Source: Henriciella sp.
GTDB taxonomy: Bacteria > Pseudomonadota > Alphaproteobacteria > Caulobacterales > Hyphomonadaceae
Assembly: GCA_965212615.1 (NCBI GenBank)
Contig: OZ243114.1
Coordinates: 3,287,745 to 3,351,744 of the forward strand
Length of the DNA stretch: 64,000 bases
Reading direction: 5' to 3'
This document shows positions 1 through 8,520 of this stretch, piece by piece; within the stretch, counting starts at the first letter, position 1, and each line of letters begins with the position of its first letter. Position numbers and translations under genes: made by a program. The notes beneath the pieces are model-generated. The model worked only from the letters and a program-made list of their open reading frames with translations. It did not search any database and had not been told where the DNA came from.

Positions 1-2
1 AC

Positions 3-491
3 GCTGACATGATCATCACTGCCACCGGGTTCAACCTCTCAGTGCTTGGCGGCATTCCGTTTGAGGTGGATGGCGAGCCAGTCGATTTCAGTCAGACCGT
101 CACTTATCGCGGCATGATGTTTACCGGCGTGCCAAATATGGCCTGGGTCTTCGGCTATTTCCGCGCCAGCTGGACCTTGCGGGTTGATTTGCTGGGCGAC
201 TTTGTCTGCCGCCTGCTGCAGCATATGGAGGCGGAGAATATGGACGAGGTGCGGGTCGAATTGCGAGAACAGGATCAGGACATGGACATCATGCCCTGGA
301 TGGACTCAGACAATTTCAATCCCGGCTATCTGATGCGCTCGATGCATTTGATGCCGAAGCGCGGATCGGATCCGATCTGGCAGCACACGCAGGATTATTG
401 GAAAGAATGTGAAGAGCTGCCGGCCATCGACCTCGAGGCAGCGGAATTTGTCTATTCGCGTCGCAGCGCGGCGCAATCCAGCGCCGCATAA
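3..491 (+). CDS. C-terminal fragment of an FAD-dependent (EthA/FMO-like) monooxygenase; the 5' end lies outside the window
   Basis: The ORF is open at the window edge. The C-terminal sequence (MHLMPKRGSDPIWQHTQDYWKE) resembles flavin monooxygenase C-termini. Confidence 0.5.
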   Translation, partial: ADMIITATGFNLSVLGGIPFEVDGEPVDFSQTVTYRGMMFTGVPNMAWVFGYFRASWTLRVDLLGDFVCRLLQHMEAENMDEVRVELREQDQDMDIMPWMDSDNFNPGYLMRSMHLMPKRGSDPIWQHTQDYWKECEELPAIDLEAAEFVYSRRSAAQSSAA

Positions 492-543
492 AGCGGCATC
501 ATCCGGGCTTTTACGTCGCCAGGAAACCGCGTAAAAGCCCGGC

Positions 544-1248
544 ATGACGGATCAAAACCACACCGACCAGACGGCCGCCTCTGGCCCGCCTGTCGCGCTG
601 GAGCGGCGTCAGGCAGCTGCAGATGGTCGCCGCTTCTCGCCATCGATCGGGCGCAATAAGGACGCTGTGCGCGAGGTTTTCCTGGCGCATATGCCGACGC
701 AGGGCCAGGTGCTGGAGATCGCCTCCGGCACCGGCGAACATGGCGCGCATATCACCGCAGCAGCACCGGATCTGGTCTGGATCTATTCCGATATCGACCC
801 GGCCAGCCGGGCCAGCCAGCAGGCCTGGCGGGCAGCGGCGGCGCATGACCGCCTGCGCGGCCCGCTAGTCCTCGACACCACTGCACAAACCTGGCCGAGC
901 ATTGATGAAACATTGCAAACCTGTGCGCTGTTTTGCGCCAACATGGTTCATATTGCGCCATTTGCAGCGACCGAGGGCCTGATCGCCGGGGCCGGACGGA
1001 TACTGAGCCCAGGCGGGCGGGTGATGCTATATGGCCCGTTCGCGCGCAATGGTGAGATCGCCGCTTCGAATGCCCGTTTCAGCCATGACCTCAAACAACG
1101 CGATCAGCGCTGGGGGGTTCGTGATCTTGATCGGCAGATCCTGCCTCTGGCGGCGGCAGCTGGCCTGCACCTGCGCCAGGTGGTGGCGATGCCGGCGAAT
1201 AATCTGAGCGTCATCCTGGAGAAAACCGAGACGCAGACGCAGGTCTAG
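544..1248 (+). CDS. DUF938-family class I SAM-dependent methyltransferase
   Basis: 234 aa, with the EIASGTGEHGAHI glycine-rich SAM motif and NMVHIAPF...GGRVMLYGPF, typical of DUF938. Confidence 0.65.
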   Translation: MTDQNHTDQTAASGPPVALERRQAAADGRRFSPSIGRNKDAVREVFLAHMPTQGQVLEIASGTGEHGAHITAAAPDLVWIYSDIDPASRASQQAWRAAAAHDRLRGPLVLDTTAQTWPSIDETLQTCALFCANMVHIAPFAATEGLIAGAGRILSPGGRVMLYGPFARNGEIAASNARFSHDLKQRDQRWGVRDLDRQILPLAAAAGLHLRQVVAMPANNLSVILEKTETQTQV

Positions 1249-1802
1249 GTCGGCGTCTTTTCAGCCGCCTTGACGATGTCGGCGCGGGCCTGGTTGAGGA
1301 TCTCGACAATCGCTTCATAGCTCGAAGTGTCGGGCCAGGTCTCGGTCACGGTCTTCAGCAGGGTGTGGCGCAAGCGGCGGCTGGCCGAGCGGATATCGCC
1401 GGGGTGCAGCTCGGCCTCAGGATGGGCAAGGCTTTCCAGACGGGCTTCGATCTTGGCCAGCGTGTCAGCATGCGCGGCGAGTTCTGCCTCGCCTGGTTCG
1501 GTCAGGTTGAAGATGCGTTTGCCTTCGACTTTCTTGGCTTTGACAAAACCCTGGTCTTCGAGCACGGACAAAGCCGGGTAGATGACGCCCGGGCTCGGCT
1601 TGTAGGTGCCGCCAGTGCGCTGCTCGATCTCGATGATGAGATCATAGCCATGGCGCGGGTCTTCCGCGATCAGGGCCAGGATCAGCAGCCGCAAATCGCC
1701 ATGATCCAGCGGGCGCCGGCGACGATATCCGCCGCGGCCATGCTGGCCTTTCATCTTCCGATAGGCCTCTGCGGCGCGGCGCATTCTTTGTCGGTGATAC
1801 AT
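1245..1802 (-). CDS. PadR-family transcriptional regulator
   Basis: 185 aa with a winged-HTH PadR signature (LLILALIAEDPRHGYDLIIEI...YPALSVLEDQGFV). Its stop overlaps the upstream gene by 4 nt. Confidence 0.85.
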   Translation of the reverse strand: MYHRQRMRRAAEAYRKMKGQHGRGGYRRRRPLDHGDLRLLILALIAEDPRHGYDLIIEIEQRTGGTYKPSPGVIYPALSVLEDQGFVKAKKVEGKRIFNLTEPGEAELAAHADTLAKIEARLESLAHPEAELHPGDIRSASRRLRHTLLKTVTETWPDTSSYEAIVEILNQARADIVKAAEKTPT

Positions 1803-1817
1803 GGTCTCACTCCTGGT

Positions 1818-1851
1818 TCGATATATCTAATTATAGTTTTAGATATATCGA
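1818..1851. promoter_or_regulatory. Perfect 13 bp inverted repeat (TCGATATATCTAA-N8-TTAGATATATCGA) in the AT-rich patch directly upstream of padR; a putative PadR operator
   Basis: Read directly from the sequence. It lies 16 to 49 bp upstream of the padR start codon in an otherwise GC-rich genome. Confidence 0.5.
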
Positions 1852-2036
1852 AATACAAGAGAGGGGGTGACGGCAGCTGGCGCGCAGGCGCCGCGACGGG
1901 CATGTCAGCGACGCAGCGCGGGGGCAGAGATGAGGGCATCCGCGCCGCGCAAAGGTTGGGATGGGGGTGTCAGCGGCGCCGCGCAAGCGGTGCAGTTCGG
2001 TGCCGGAGCGCCAGACCTGGCAGGGCGGCGGCGCGG

Positions 2037-3266
2037 CTAGGCCGCAGCGCTCTCATTGGTGCCGAGCGCCTGGTGCAGGTCGCCGAGAATGTCCTCGACC
2101 TGCTCCAGCCCGACCGAGATGCGAACCAGGCCTTCACTGATGCCATGGGCTTCACGTTCTTCACGCGAATAAGTCGAATGGGTCATGCTGGCCGGGTGCT
2201 GGATCAGGGTTTCGGCATCGCCCAGGCTGACCGCCCGGCGGATCAGGCTGAGCCGGTTCATCATCGCGATGCCGGCGCGATAGCCGCCGGTCAGCTCGAA
2301 TGCGATCATGCCGCCAAAGCCCGCCATCTGGCGCTGGGCCAGCTGATGCTGCGCGAATGCGGGCAGGCCGGGATAATGCACCTGGGCAATGGCCGGATGC
2401 GCGTCCAGCATCTCGGCCACCTGCATCGCGCTCTGAGCATGCCGCTCGACCCGCAATTGCAGCGTCTTCAGGCCGCGCAGGATCAACATCGCATTGAACG
2501 GGGCAAGCACTGCGCCGGTCATGTCCTTGACCCCGACCATGCGAACCTCGGCCATGTCTTCAGCCGCGCCAATCGCGATGCCGGCAATCAGATCGCCATG
2601 CCCGCCAAGATATTTGGTCGCTGAATGCACGACAATGTCGGCGCCATGTTCGAGCGGGCGGGTCTGAACCGGGGTGGCGTAGGTATTGTCGACCACGGTC
2701 TTGGCGCCGTGGCGTCTGGCAATCGCGCTGATCGCAGCAATATCGACCAGGCGCATATTGGGATTGGCCGGGGTTTCGAAATAGACGACTTTGGTCTGGT
2801 CCGAGATCGCAGTTTCCAGCGCCAGCGGATTGGTCAGGTCGACATGTCTGACGGTGACGCCAAAGCGGCTCAGCCCATGCTGAAAGAATGAGAAGGTGCA
2901 GCCATACAAGGTCTTGTCGGTGATCAGCTCATCGCCGGTGCGCAGAAGGCTCCACAGGACCGAGGTGATGGCGCCCATGCCAGAGGCCATGGCCACTGCC
3001 GCCTCGCCGCCTTCCAGCGAGGCCATGCGCTGTTCCAGCAGCTCCGTGGTCGGGTTGGAGATGCGGGTATAAATATGCCCGGGCGCCTCGCCGGCAAACC
3101 GGGCGCCGCCTTGTTCAGCCGTCTCGAAGGCAAAGGTGGAGGTCAGATGCAAAGGCGGGGTCAAGGCCCCGTCAGCGCTCATCGGGTCATAGCCGTGATG
3201 AATGGCGCGGGTAGAAAAGCCGTGGGTTTTGTCATCGGTCATGCGGATCTCCGGGTCTGCCTCCAT
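2037..3266 (-). CDS. PLP-dependent methionine gamma-lyase / Cys-Met metabolism family enzyme (MdeA-like)
   Basis: 409 aa with motifs of the CGS/MGL family (YTRISNPT, SATKYLGGHGD). It is divergent from an Lrp/AsnC regulator, as in the mdeA-mdeR arrangement. Confidence 0.8.
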   Translation of the reverse strand: MEADPEIRMTDDKTHGFSTRAIHHGYDPMSADGALTPPLHLTSTFAFETAEQGGARFAGEAPGHIYTRISNPTTELLEQRMASLEGGEAAVAMASGMGAITSVLWSLLRTGDELITDKTLYGCTFSFFQHGLSRFGVTVRHVDLTNPLALETAISDQTKVVYFETPANPNMRLVDIAAISAIARRHGAKTVVDNTYATPVQTRPLEHGADIVVHSATKYLGGHGDLIAGIAIGAAEDMAEVRMVGVKDMTGAVLAPFNAMLILRGLKTLQLRVERHAQSAMQVAEMLDAHPAIAQVHYPGLPAFAQHQLAQRQMAGFGGMIAFELTGGYRAGIAMMNRLSLIRRAVSLGDAETLIQHPASMTHSTYSREEREAHGISEGLVRISVGLEQVEDILGDLHQALGTNESAAA

Positions 3267-3322
3267 TCTAACGCAAAACCCGACGCAGAACTTTGCGAAA
3301 TGGCAAGGAAACTGCTTAAGTA

Positions 3323-3805
3323 TTGGCAGAAACTGCCAAGGATGAGACCATGGATAGCAAAGACCGCCAGATTCTCCGCGAGCTGCAAGGCGATGGACGG
3401 CTGACGAATCAGGATCTCTCAGAGCGGGTCAACCTGTCGCCAAGCCCGTGCCTGCGCCGGGTCCGTCTGATGGAGGAGCAGGGGATTATTCGCGGCTATA
3501 CCGCCCTGGTCGACCAGAAGGCCTGGGGCTTGCCGGTAACGGTGTTCATCCGCCTCAAACTCGAACGCCATAGCGACGAGTCCGTCAACGCCTTCGAACA
3601 CGCCATCATTGCCATGCCGCAAGTCATGGATTGCTGGCTGATGACCGGGCGGTCGGATTACTTGCTGCGGGTGATCGCAGCCGACCTGGATGATTATGAG
3701 CGCTTTGTGCGCCGAGAGCTGCAGCGTGTGCCGGGCATTGCCAGCATCGATACCAGCTTTGCTTATGGCAGCGTCAAGCACGCACAAGTGCTGCCGGATG
3801 CTTGA
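3323..3805 (+). CDS. Lrp/AsnC-family transcriptional regulator (MdeR-like)
   Basis: 160 aa with an HTH (RQILRELQGDGRLTNQDLSERVNLSPSPCLRRV) followed by a RAM domain. Confidence 0.85.
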   Translation: MAETAKDETMDSKDRQILRELQGDGRLTNQDLSERVNLSPSPCLRRVRLMEEQGIIRGYTALVDQKAWGLPVTVFIRLKLERHSDESVNAFEHAIIAMPQVMDCWLMTGRSDYLLRVIAADLDDYERFVRRELQRVPGIASIDTSFAYGSVKHAQVLPDA

Positions 3806-3909
3806 GGGGCGGGTCGGCGGGCGCACGCCGCCTGCGGGTTCGATGAAAACAGCTGACTCTGCGGTGACAGGCGCTATATTTGGCAGGCGAGCGCGGGAGG
3901 GGCGGAAAT

Positions 3910-5175
3910 ATGCGACAGCAGGTTTTTCTGGGCAGCCTTGCCTGGGTCTTGAGCGCGCTGGCCGTGCAGGGGCCGGCGCAGGCGCAGGACGCCGCTCAGA
4001 CCGCTGAGGACGGGCGCGACACGACATCGAATTGGACGCTGCCGGTTGCGCTTGCGTTTCACGGGGTTGCGCGGGCGCAGAGCCGCCAGACAACCGCGCT
4101 TGAATTTACCGGTGTGGCGTCCGACCCAGGCAAGCTGACCGCCTCGCTCGCGTTCGACGGCGTCAATACAGAGCTCGGACCGGTTGCAGGTTCGGTTTCA
4201 TTCCAAGGCGTGAATGCCGACATGGGCCCTGTGGGCGGCGCGATGGCCTTTCATGGCGTCAACACCGAGCTCGGGCCAATTGGTGGAGCGATGGCATTTG
4301 CTGGTGTGGCGTCTGATCTCGGGCCAGTGTCAGGCCAGATGCAGTTTACCGGCATGGGCGCGGCGGCGCCGCACCTGGATCAACCCCCGTCCATCTATGG
4401 CAACTGGCAGGTCGAATGGAGCAATGATCAATATTCAACCCCCGGTCTGATGACGATTTATCAGAGCGAGACCGGCGGCGTGTTGGTGTCTGGAACCCGG
4501 GTTCGCGATAATCGCACAGATGCGATTTCCAGCCGGGCCGTGGCATCTGTTTCGGGCGACGCCTACAAGATTGCCTGGGCGTATGGACATCTCGGCTATT
4601 GGGGCGGCGAAGCCATTGTCCGTCCGTCGTCGCCAGACCAGATGACGGGGCGCTGGGGGTATCGATGCGAAGATGTCGATCTGCTCAATTGCCAGCAAGG
4701 CGGGACCAGTTCATGGACCCGTATTCTGCCCAAATTCGACCGCCACCTTCCGCTCAGCCGTCCGCCGGATGGCCTGTTTGGGGCGATCTCCAGCACGCCG
4801 CTGCCGCGGACGCCGAAACAGGCCTTTAATCCGGCCCAGCCGATCACCCTGATTGCGCCGACAACCGCTCCAGACCGGGATGGATTTGTCGGGCATGTGT
4901 ATCTGGCTGTGTATGGCAAGGACATATTCGGCCCGCAAAGCATCTCTGTTCAAGGTCCGTCCGGGCTGACCTTCAGTTCATACAGCTATATCTGCGCCTT
5001 TGATGGCAGCGCCGCGCAGAACCAGCTGCATTGGTCCCAGCAAGTGTGTGAAAACCAGGGCGGTATCCAGGGCTTGTATATGGCGCTCAATGTCTGGTCC
5101 GATGCGACCCACAATGCATATGACCTGATCGTGCAAGGCGAAACGCTGCCACTCTTCCTGGTCGTTGCGGATTGA
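3910..5175 (+). CDS. Secreted protein with seven tandem 16-residue repeats (consensus xxGxMxFxGVNTELGP) and a C-terminal domain of unknown function
   Basis: A GGAGGGG RBS precedes the ATG at 3910. The signal peptide is MRQQVFLGSLAWVLSALAVQGPAQA. The repeats are visible in the translation. Confidence 0.7.
   Translation: MRQQVFLGSLAWVLSALAVQGPAQAQDAAQTAEDGRDTTSNWTLPVALAFHGVARAQSRQTTALEFTGVASDPGKLTASLAFDGVNTELGPVAGSVSFQGVNADMGPVGGAMAFHGVNTELGPIGGAMAFAGVASDLGPVSGQMQFTGMGAAAPHLDQPPSIYGNWQVEWSNDQYSTPGLMTIYQSETGGVLVSGTRVRDNRTDAISSRAVASVSGDAYKIAWAYGHLGYWGGEAIVRPSSPDQMTGRWGYRCEDVDLLNCQQGGTSSWTRILPKFDRHLPLSRPPDGLFGAISSTPLPRTPKQAFNPAQPITLIAPTTAPDRDGFVGHVYLAVYGKDIFGPQSISVQGPSGLTFSSYSYICAFDGSAAQNQLHWSQQVCENQGGIQGLYMALNVWSDATHNAYDLIVQGETLPLFLVVAD
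4039..4378 (+). repeat. Seven tandem 48-nt (16-codon) degenerate repeats inside the secreted-protein gene
   Basis: The peptide repeats are LAFHGVARAQSR, LEFTGVASDPGK, LAFDGVNTELGP, VSFQGVNADMGP, MAFHGVNTELGP, MAFAGVASDLGP and MQFTGMGAAAPH. They are degenerate at the DNA level, which points to an ancient duplication. Confidence 0.7.
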
Positions 5176-5202
5176 GGGTCAGCCGGGGCGAGATGATCGG
5201 CC

Positions 5203-5811
5203 CTAATTGTCGGTTGATGCGCGCTCTGCCGCCAGGTCAGACCTCAGGATTTCCATGCTCGCCGCTTCCGGAGAGGTGCCCTTGGCGACGCAGTCAGCTG
5301 CTGATGCACCGGCTTGAACCGAGCTGCAGACCCGCGGCGACATGGCCATGGCAAGGACCAGGTCGTCAGCGTCCTGGGCCGAAATCTGGGTCCGGTCGAT
5401 CCCCTCCAGATCGCTTTCGGGCATCGGGCTCAGCATCAGGTTGCAGGTCACTTTCGACCAGAAATACAGCTGGTGATCGCCATCCCCCAGCGGTTCGATG
5501 ACCAGATCAACGACCTCATTCAAATCGCCCTGCAGCGAGTCCACCAGGTGCAGAGACCGGTTCTGGTGGGCCTCTGTTTGCCGGCCGACACTGTCTGCCG
5601 TGGTGATATAGGTCAACGCGTTGCCAACCCACTGATCGGCTTCATCATAGGCGTCACAATTGACCGAAACGGTGTCGACGTCGTCTGTGATCCCGGACAG
5701 TTTAACCACCGCTGTGACCTCGATGGTCGGCTCGTCAGCGAATGCGGTTGCGGATAATCCGGCGATGAAAAGCGCCGAAGAACACACCCCAAGTTGAGTG
5801 ATTTTGAGCAT
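5203..5811 (-). CDS. Acidic secreted hypothetical protein
   Basis: 202 aa with an N-terminal signal peptide (MLKITQLGVCSSALFIAGLSATAFA). The opposite-strand ORF at 5314-5757 looks like an antisense shadow. Confidence 0.55.
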   Translation of the reverse strand: MLKITQLGVCSSALFIAGLSATAFADEPTIEVTAVVKLSGITDDVDTVSVNCDAYDEADQWVGNALTYITTADSVGRQTEAHQNRSLHLVDSLQGDLNEVVDLVIEPLGDGDHQLYFWSKVTCNLMLSPMPESDLEGIDRTQISAQDADDLVLAMAMSPRVCSSVQAGASAADCVAKGTSPEAASMEILRSDLAAERASTDN

Positions 5812-5907
5812 CAGATCCCCTCCCAGTGAGACTGTTTAACACAGCCACTCAGCCTTCGTACATACCCATCTGATCAACCGCGCGGCGCCGGCGCCGCCAA
5901 TTCCGCT

Positions 5908-7470
5908 TTACGGGGGCGGCCCGGTGACGACTGTCACCTGACCTTTTCCAGGCTGGTTCAGCGCCATGATCTGTTCGATGCTGCCGTCGGTCACGATCTC
6001 TGTCGTGCCCAAGCCCACGTCGATGAATTGCGGGCTGGCGTAAAGCCCGGCCAGCGGAGCGGTCCAGAACGGCGCTGATGCTTCATACACGCGAACATAT
6101 GGCGAGGATGACATGGAAATGAAAATGGGCACATTTGGGGCGTGCACATCACCAACCGACACGTCGGTTGGAATGCCTTTTGACCAGCTCAGCTGTTCGT
6201 TTTCGAAACCACCTGCCGTGGTCCAATGAACGAGAATGGCCATATGTTGTCCGTCATGATGTCCGTCGGTGGCCGCGAGCACCGAGAAACTCGTTTCCTG
6301 GCTGCCATCGAAGCCATTGGCTGAACCGAAGGCGGTCACAGTCAGACCGGTCGGCAAGTTCACACCATAGGATGCGACCAGATCAAATCGGTTTGCGGGG
6401 GTTTGTGTCGCGTCATATTCGCGGCGCCACACTTCCAGCCTGTCAGTGTCAGAATTATAGGCCGAGATCATACCTTGCGATCGCAGGTTCGATCCAAGCA
6501 AACAATATGTCCCAGAACTGGTCGGCTTGGAGACTTCCAATGCTGTTGTCACATTCGGGGAGGTGCCTGAATAAGACCGCCAAATCGCCGTCAGACCTGT
6601 CCCGCGATGTCCAACCAGCTGGGCGGACCCATACAGGCTGGTCGAAAAACTACATGGTGCATCGAGATCCAGATTGCCGGCTTCATAAAGCGGCGGCGAC
6701 CCTTGTTGTTCATTATAGAACCCGATCTTTCCGGCTTGCTCGAAGATGAAAGACGGACCAGCGCCCTGGAACCCGAAATAGCCATCGCGCCCGACGACAT
6801 TGCTGCTCGGGGCGACTCCGGTCGGCGTGCGATCGGCGGGATCGTAGGTGCCATCTGTATTTCGTTCGAAATAGAGCAGGTCCATCTGACCGTTTTGCTC
6901 ATCCACGCCGATCAGCGAGAAGTGGCCTGTGCCGCCTGAGCGCATCGTGTCTGTCAGGGTCAGCGCCTGGATATTGTTCAGGCCTGAGAGGATTTCCAGC
7001 GGGTCGTCAAAATAGCCCAGAATTGGGGTTTCGACGATGTTCACCGCATTCAGATCAATCGTTGTCGTGTCGCTCAGCGCGCCATCTGAGACGGCAATTT
7101 CGAAGGTCAGTGTTTGGTCACTTGCGAGTTCTGGCAGCGTGACCTCGATTTGGGCTGTGTCGGTTGCCGACAGGTGGGCGCTGGGGCCGCTTGTTTGCGT
7201 CCAGGTGAAGCTCAGCGCGGTGCCTTCAGGATCTGACGATGCCGAAGCATCGAGCACCAAGATTTGCCCTTCGTCCGCGCTGGCGCCATTCGGCGCTGTG
7301 ACAGAGGCCGTCGGCGCTGTGTTGGTTGGCGGCGGCGGCGGCGGAGGCGGAGACGCTGTTGGCGGTGCCGACCCGCCGCCGCCGCCAGAACACGCAACCA
7401 GTGCAAATAAAGATGCACCACTGATCAGGCTCTGTTTTCCGTGTTTCAAGCGAAAGCCCCCCAACTTCAT
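5908..7470 (-). CDS. Lipoprotein with a Gly5/Pro8 linker, a PKD-like Ig domain and a large C-terminal domain of unknown function
   Basis: The lipobox is LVAC, followed by SGGGGGSAPPTASPPPPPPPP. The PKD-like motif is LDASASSDPEGTALSFTWTQTSGP. Confidence 0.75.
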   Translation of the reverse strand: MKLGGFRLKHGKQSLISGASLFALVACSGGGGGSAPPTASPPPPPPPPTNTAPTASVTAPNGASADEGQILVLDASASSDPEGTALSFTWTQTSGPSAHLSATDTAQIEVTLPELASDQTLTFEIAVSDGALSDTTTIDLNAVNIVETPILGYFDDPLEILSGLNNIQALTLTDTMRSGGTGHFSLIGVDEQNGQMDLLYFERNTDGTYDPADRTPTGVAPSSNVVGRDGYFGFQGAGPSFIFEQAGKIGFYNEQQGSPPLYEAGNLDLDAPCSFSTSLYGSAQLVGHRGTGLTAIWRSYSGTSPNVTTALEVSKPTSSGTYCLLGSNLRSQGMISAYNSDTDRLEVWRREYDATQTPANRFDLVASYGVNLPTGLTVTAFGSANGFDGSQETSFSVLAATDGHHDGQHMAILVHWTTAGGFENEQLSWSKGIPTDVSVGDVHAPNVPIFISMSSSPYVRVYEASAPFWTAPLAGLYASPQFIDVGLGTTEIVTDGSIEQIMALNQPGKGQVTVVTGPPP

Positions 7471-7611
7471 TTCATCTCGATCGCTTCGTCTGAATTGTGA
7501 GGCGATTCGACTTGCCCGGATCTTTAGGGGAGACCTGGCGGGCCGCCATCAGATTCTCCTCTGAGTTGAACACGCGCGGATGATGCCTGACCTGATCGAC
7601 GTGTGCGCCCG

Positions 7612-8517
7612 TCAGGACTTGGTCGAGGACCGCTCCGCCAGCCACCGCGCCCGGATTTCCTCAGTCCGGTTATGCGCCCCGTCCGGGCTCCAGCCCGGCG
7701 CATTGATCGCCCGTTTCAGCCAGGTCAGCGGGCGCAGCCCATCTGAGGCGCAATCGCGCAGCAGCGCGGCAAACTCGTGAAAGGCGACGACTAACGGATT
7801 GTAGGAGTTGAGCGGCTTGACGATGCCATAATCAGGCTTGTCGTCCTCGCGCTCAGGCACGAAGCTGCCAAACATCTTGTCCCAGGTGATGAACACGCCA
7901 GCATAATTGGCATCGAGATAGCGCGGATTGGTGGCATGATGGACGCGGTGATGGCTGGGGGTGTTGAACACCGTTTCGAACCAGCGCGGGCATTTGTCGA
8001 CGACCTCGGTATGGATCCAGAACTGATAGACCAGGTTGATGCCACCCGCGATGCCGATCAGGGCTGGATGAAAACCGAGCAGGACCAGCGACCAGCCGAC
8101 CACGATCAGCCCGGTAAAGGGGCCATACCAGGGCTGGCGCAGCGCCGTGGTCAGATTGTAATGCCGCGAGGAATGATGGGTCACATGCTCCATCCAGAAC
8201 CAGCGGATGCGATGCATGAAACGATGCTTCCAGTAATAGACGAAATCATACAGCACGAAGACCAGGGCAAAGCTCCACCAGGTCGTCGGCATGGTCATGA
8301 TCCGATATGGCCAGACCAGCATCATGATCCATAGAGCGGCCACTCCGGTCAGCGTTCCGATGATCGCATTGCCGGTGCCCATCACCATGCTGGTCACCGC
8401 ATCAGCGGTCTCATACCGGCCCTTGGCATGGCCGGATTTCACCGCCCACCATTCAAAGATGACCGAAAGCACAAAGACCGGCGCGAACAGCGCTTCAATC
8501 GGGATATCGGCAGGCAT
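7612..8517 (-). CDS. Fatty acid hydroxylase / sterol desaturase superfamily membrane enzyme
   Basis: 301 aa with three histidine boxes (HRFMH, HHSSRH, HRVHH) and multiple TM helices. It starts 4 bp downstream of the GMC oxidoreductase stop, so the two form an operon. Confidence 0.8.
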   Translation of the reverse strand: MPADIPIEALFAPVFVLSVIFEWWAVKSGHAKGRYETADAVTSMVMGTGNAIIGTLTGVAALWIMMLVWPYRIMTMPTTWWSFALVFVLYDFVYYWKHRFMHRIRWFWMEHVTHHSSRHYNLTTALRQPWYGPFTGLIVVGWSLVLLGFHPALIGIAGGINLVYQFWIHTEVVDKCPRWFETVFNTPSHHRVHHATNPRYLDANYAGVFITWDKMFGSFVPEREDDKPDYGIVKPLNSYNPLVVAFHEFAALLRDCASDGLRPLTWLKRAINAPGWSPDGAHNRTEEIRARWLAERSSTKS

Positions 8518-8520
8518 GGT

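Noticed and set aside
1365-2624. 419-aa plus-strand ORF
   Set aside because: It runs antisense across padR and the methionine gamma-lyase gene. Its composition is Ala/Arg/Gly-rich and junk-like, typical of a high-GC shadow ORF. The minus-strand genes have clear family signatures.
3419-4093. 224-aa minus-strand ORF
   Set aside because: It is antisense to the Lrp regulator and the start of the repeat-protein gene, with a Pro/Ala/Arg-rich junk composition.
7300-7400. GGC/GCC simple-sequence repeat
   Set aside because: It encodes the poly-Gly/poly-Pro linker of the lipoprotein on the minus strand.
7490-7520. lacO-like sequence GAATTGTGAGGCGATTC
   Set aside because: It has only partial similarity and no dyad partner, and no LacI-family gene is nearby. 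It is most likely coincidental.
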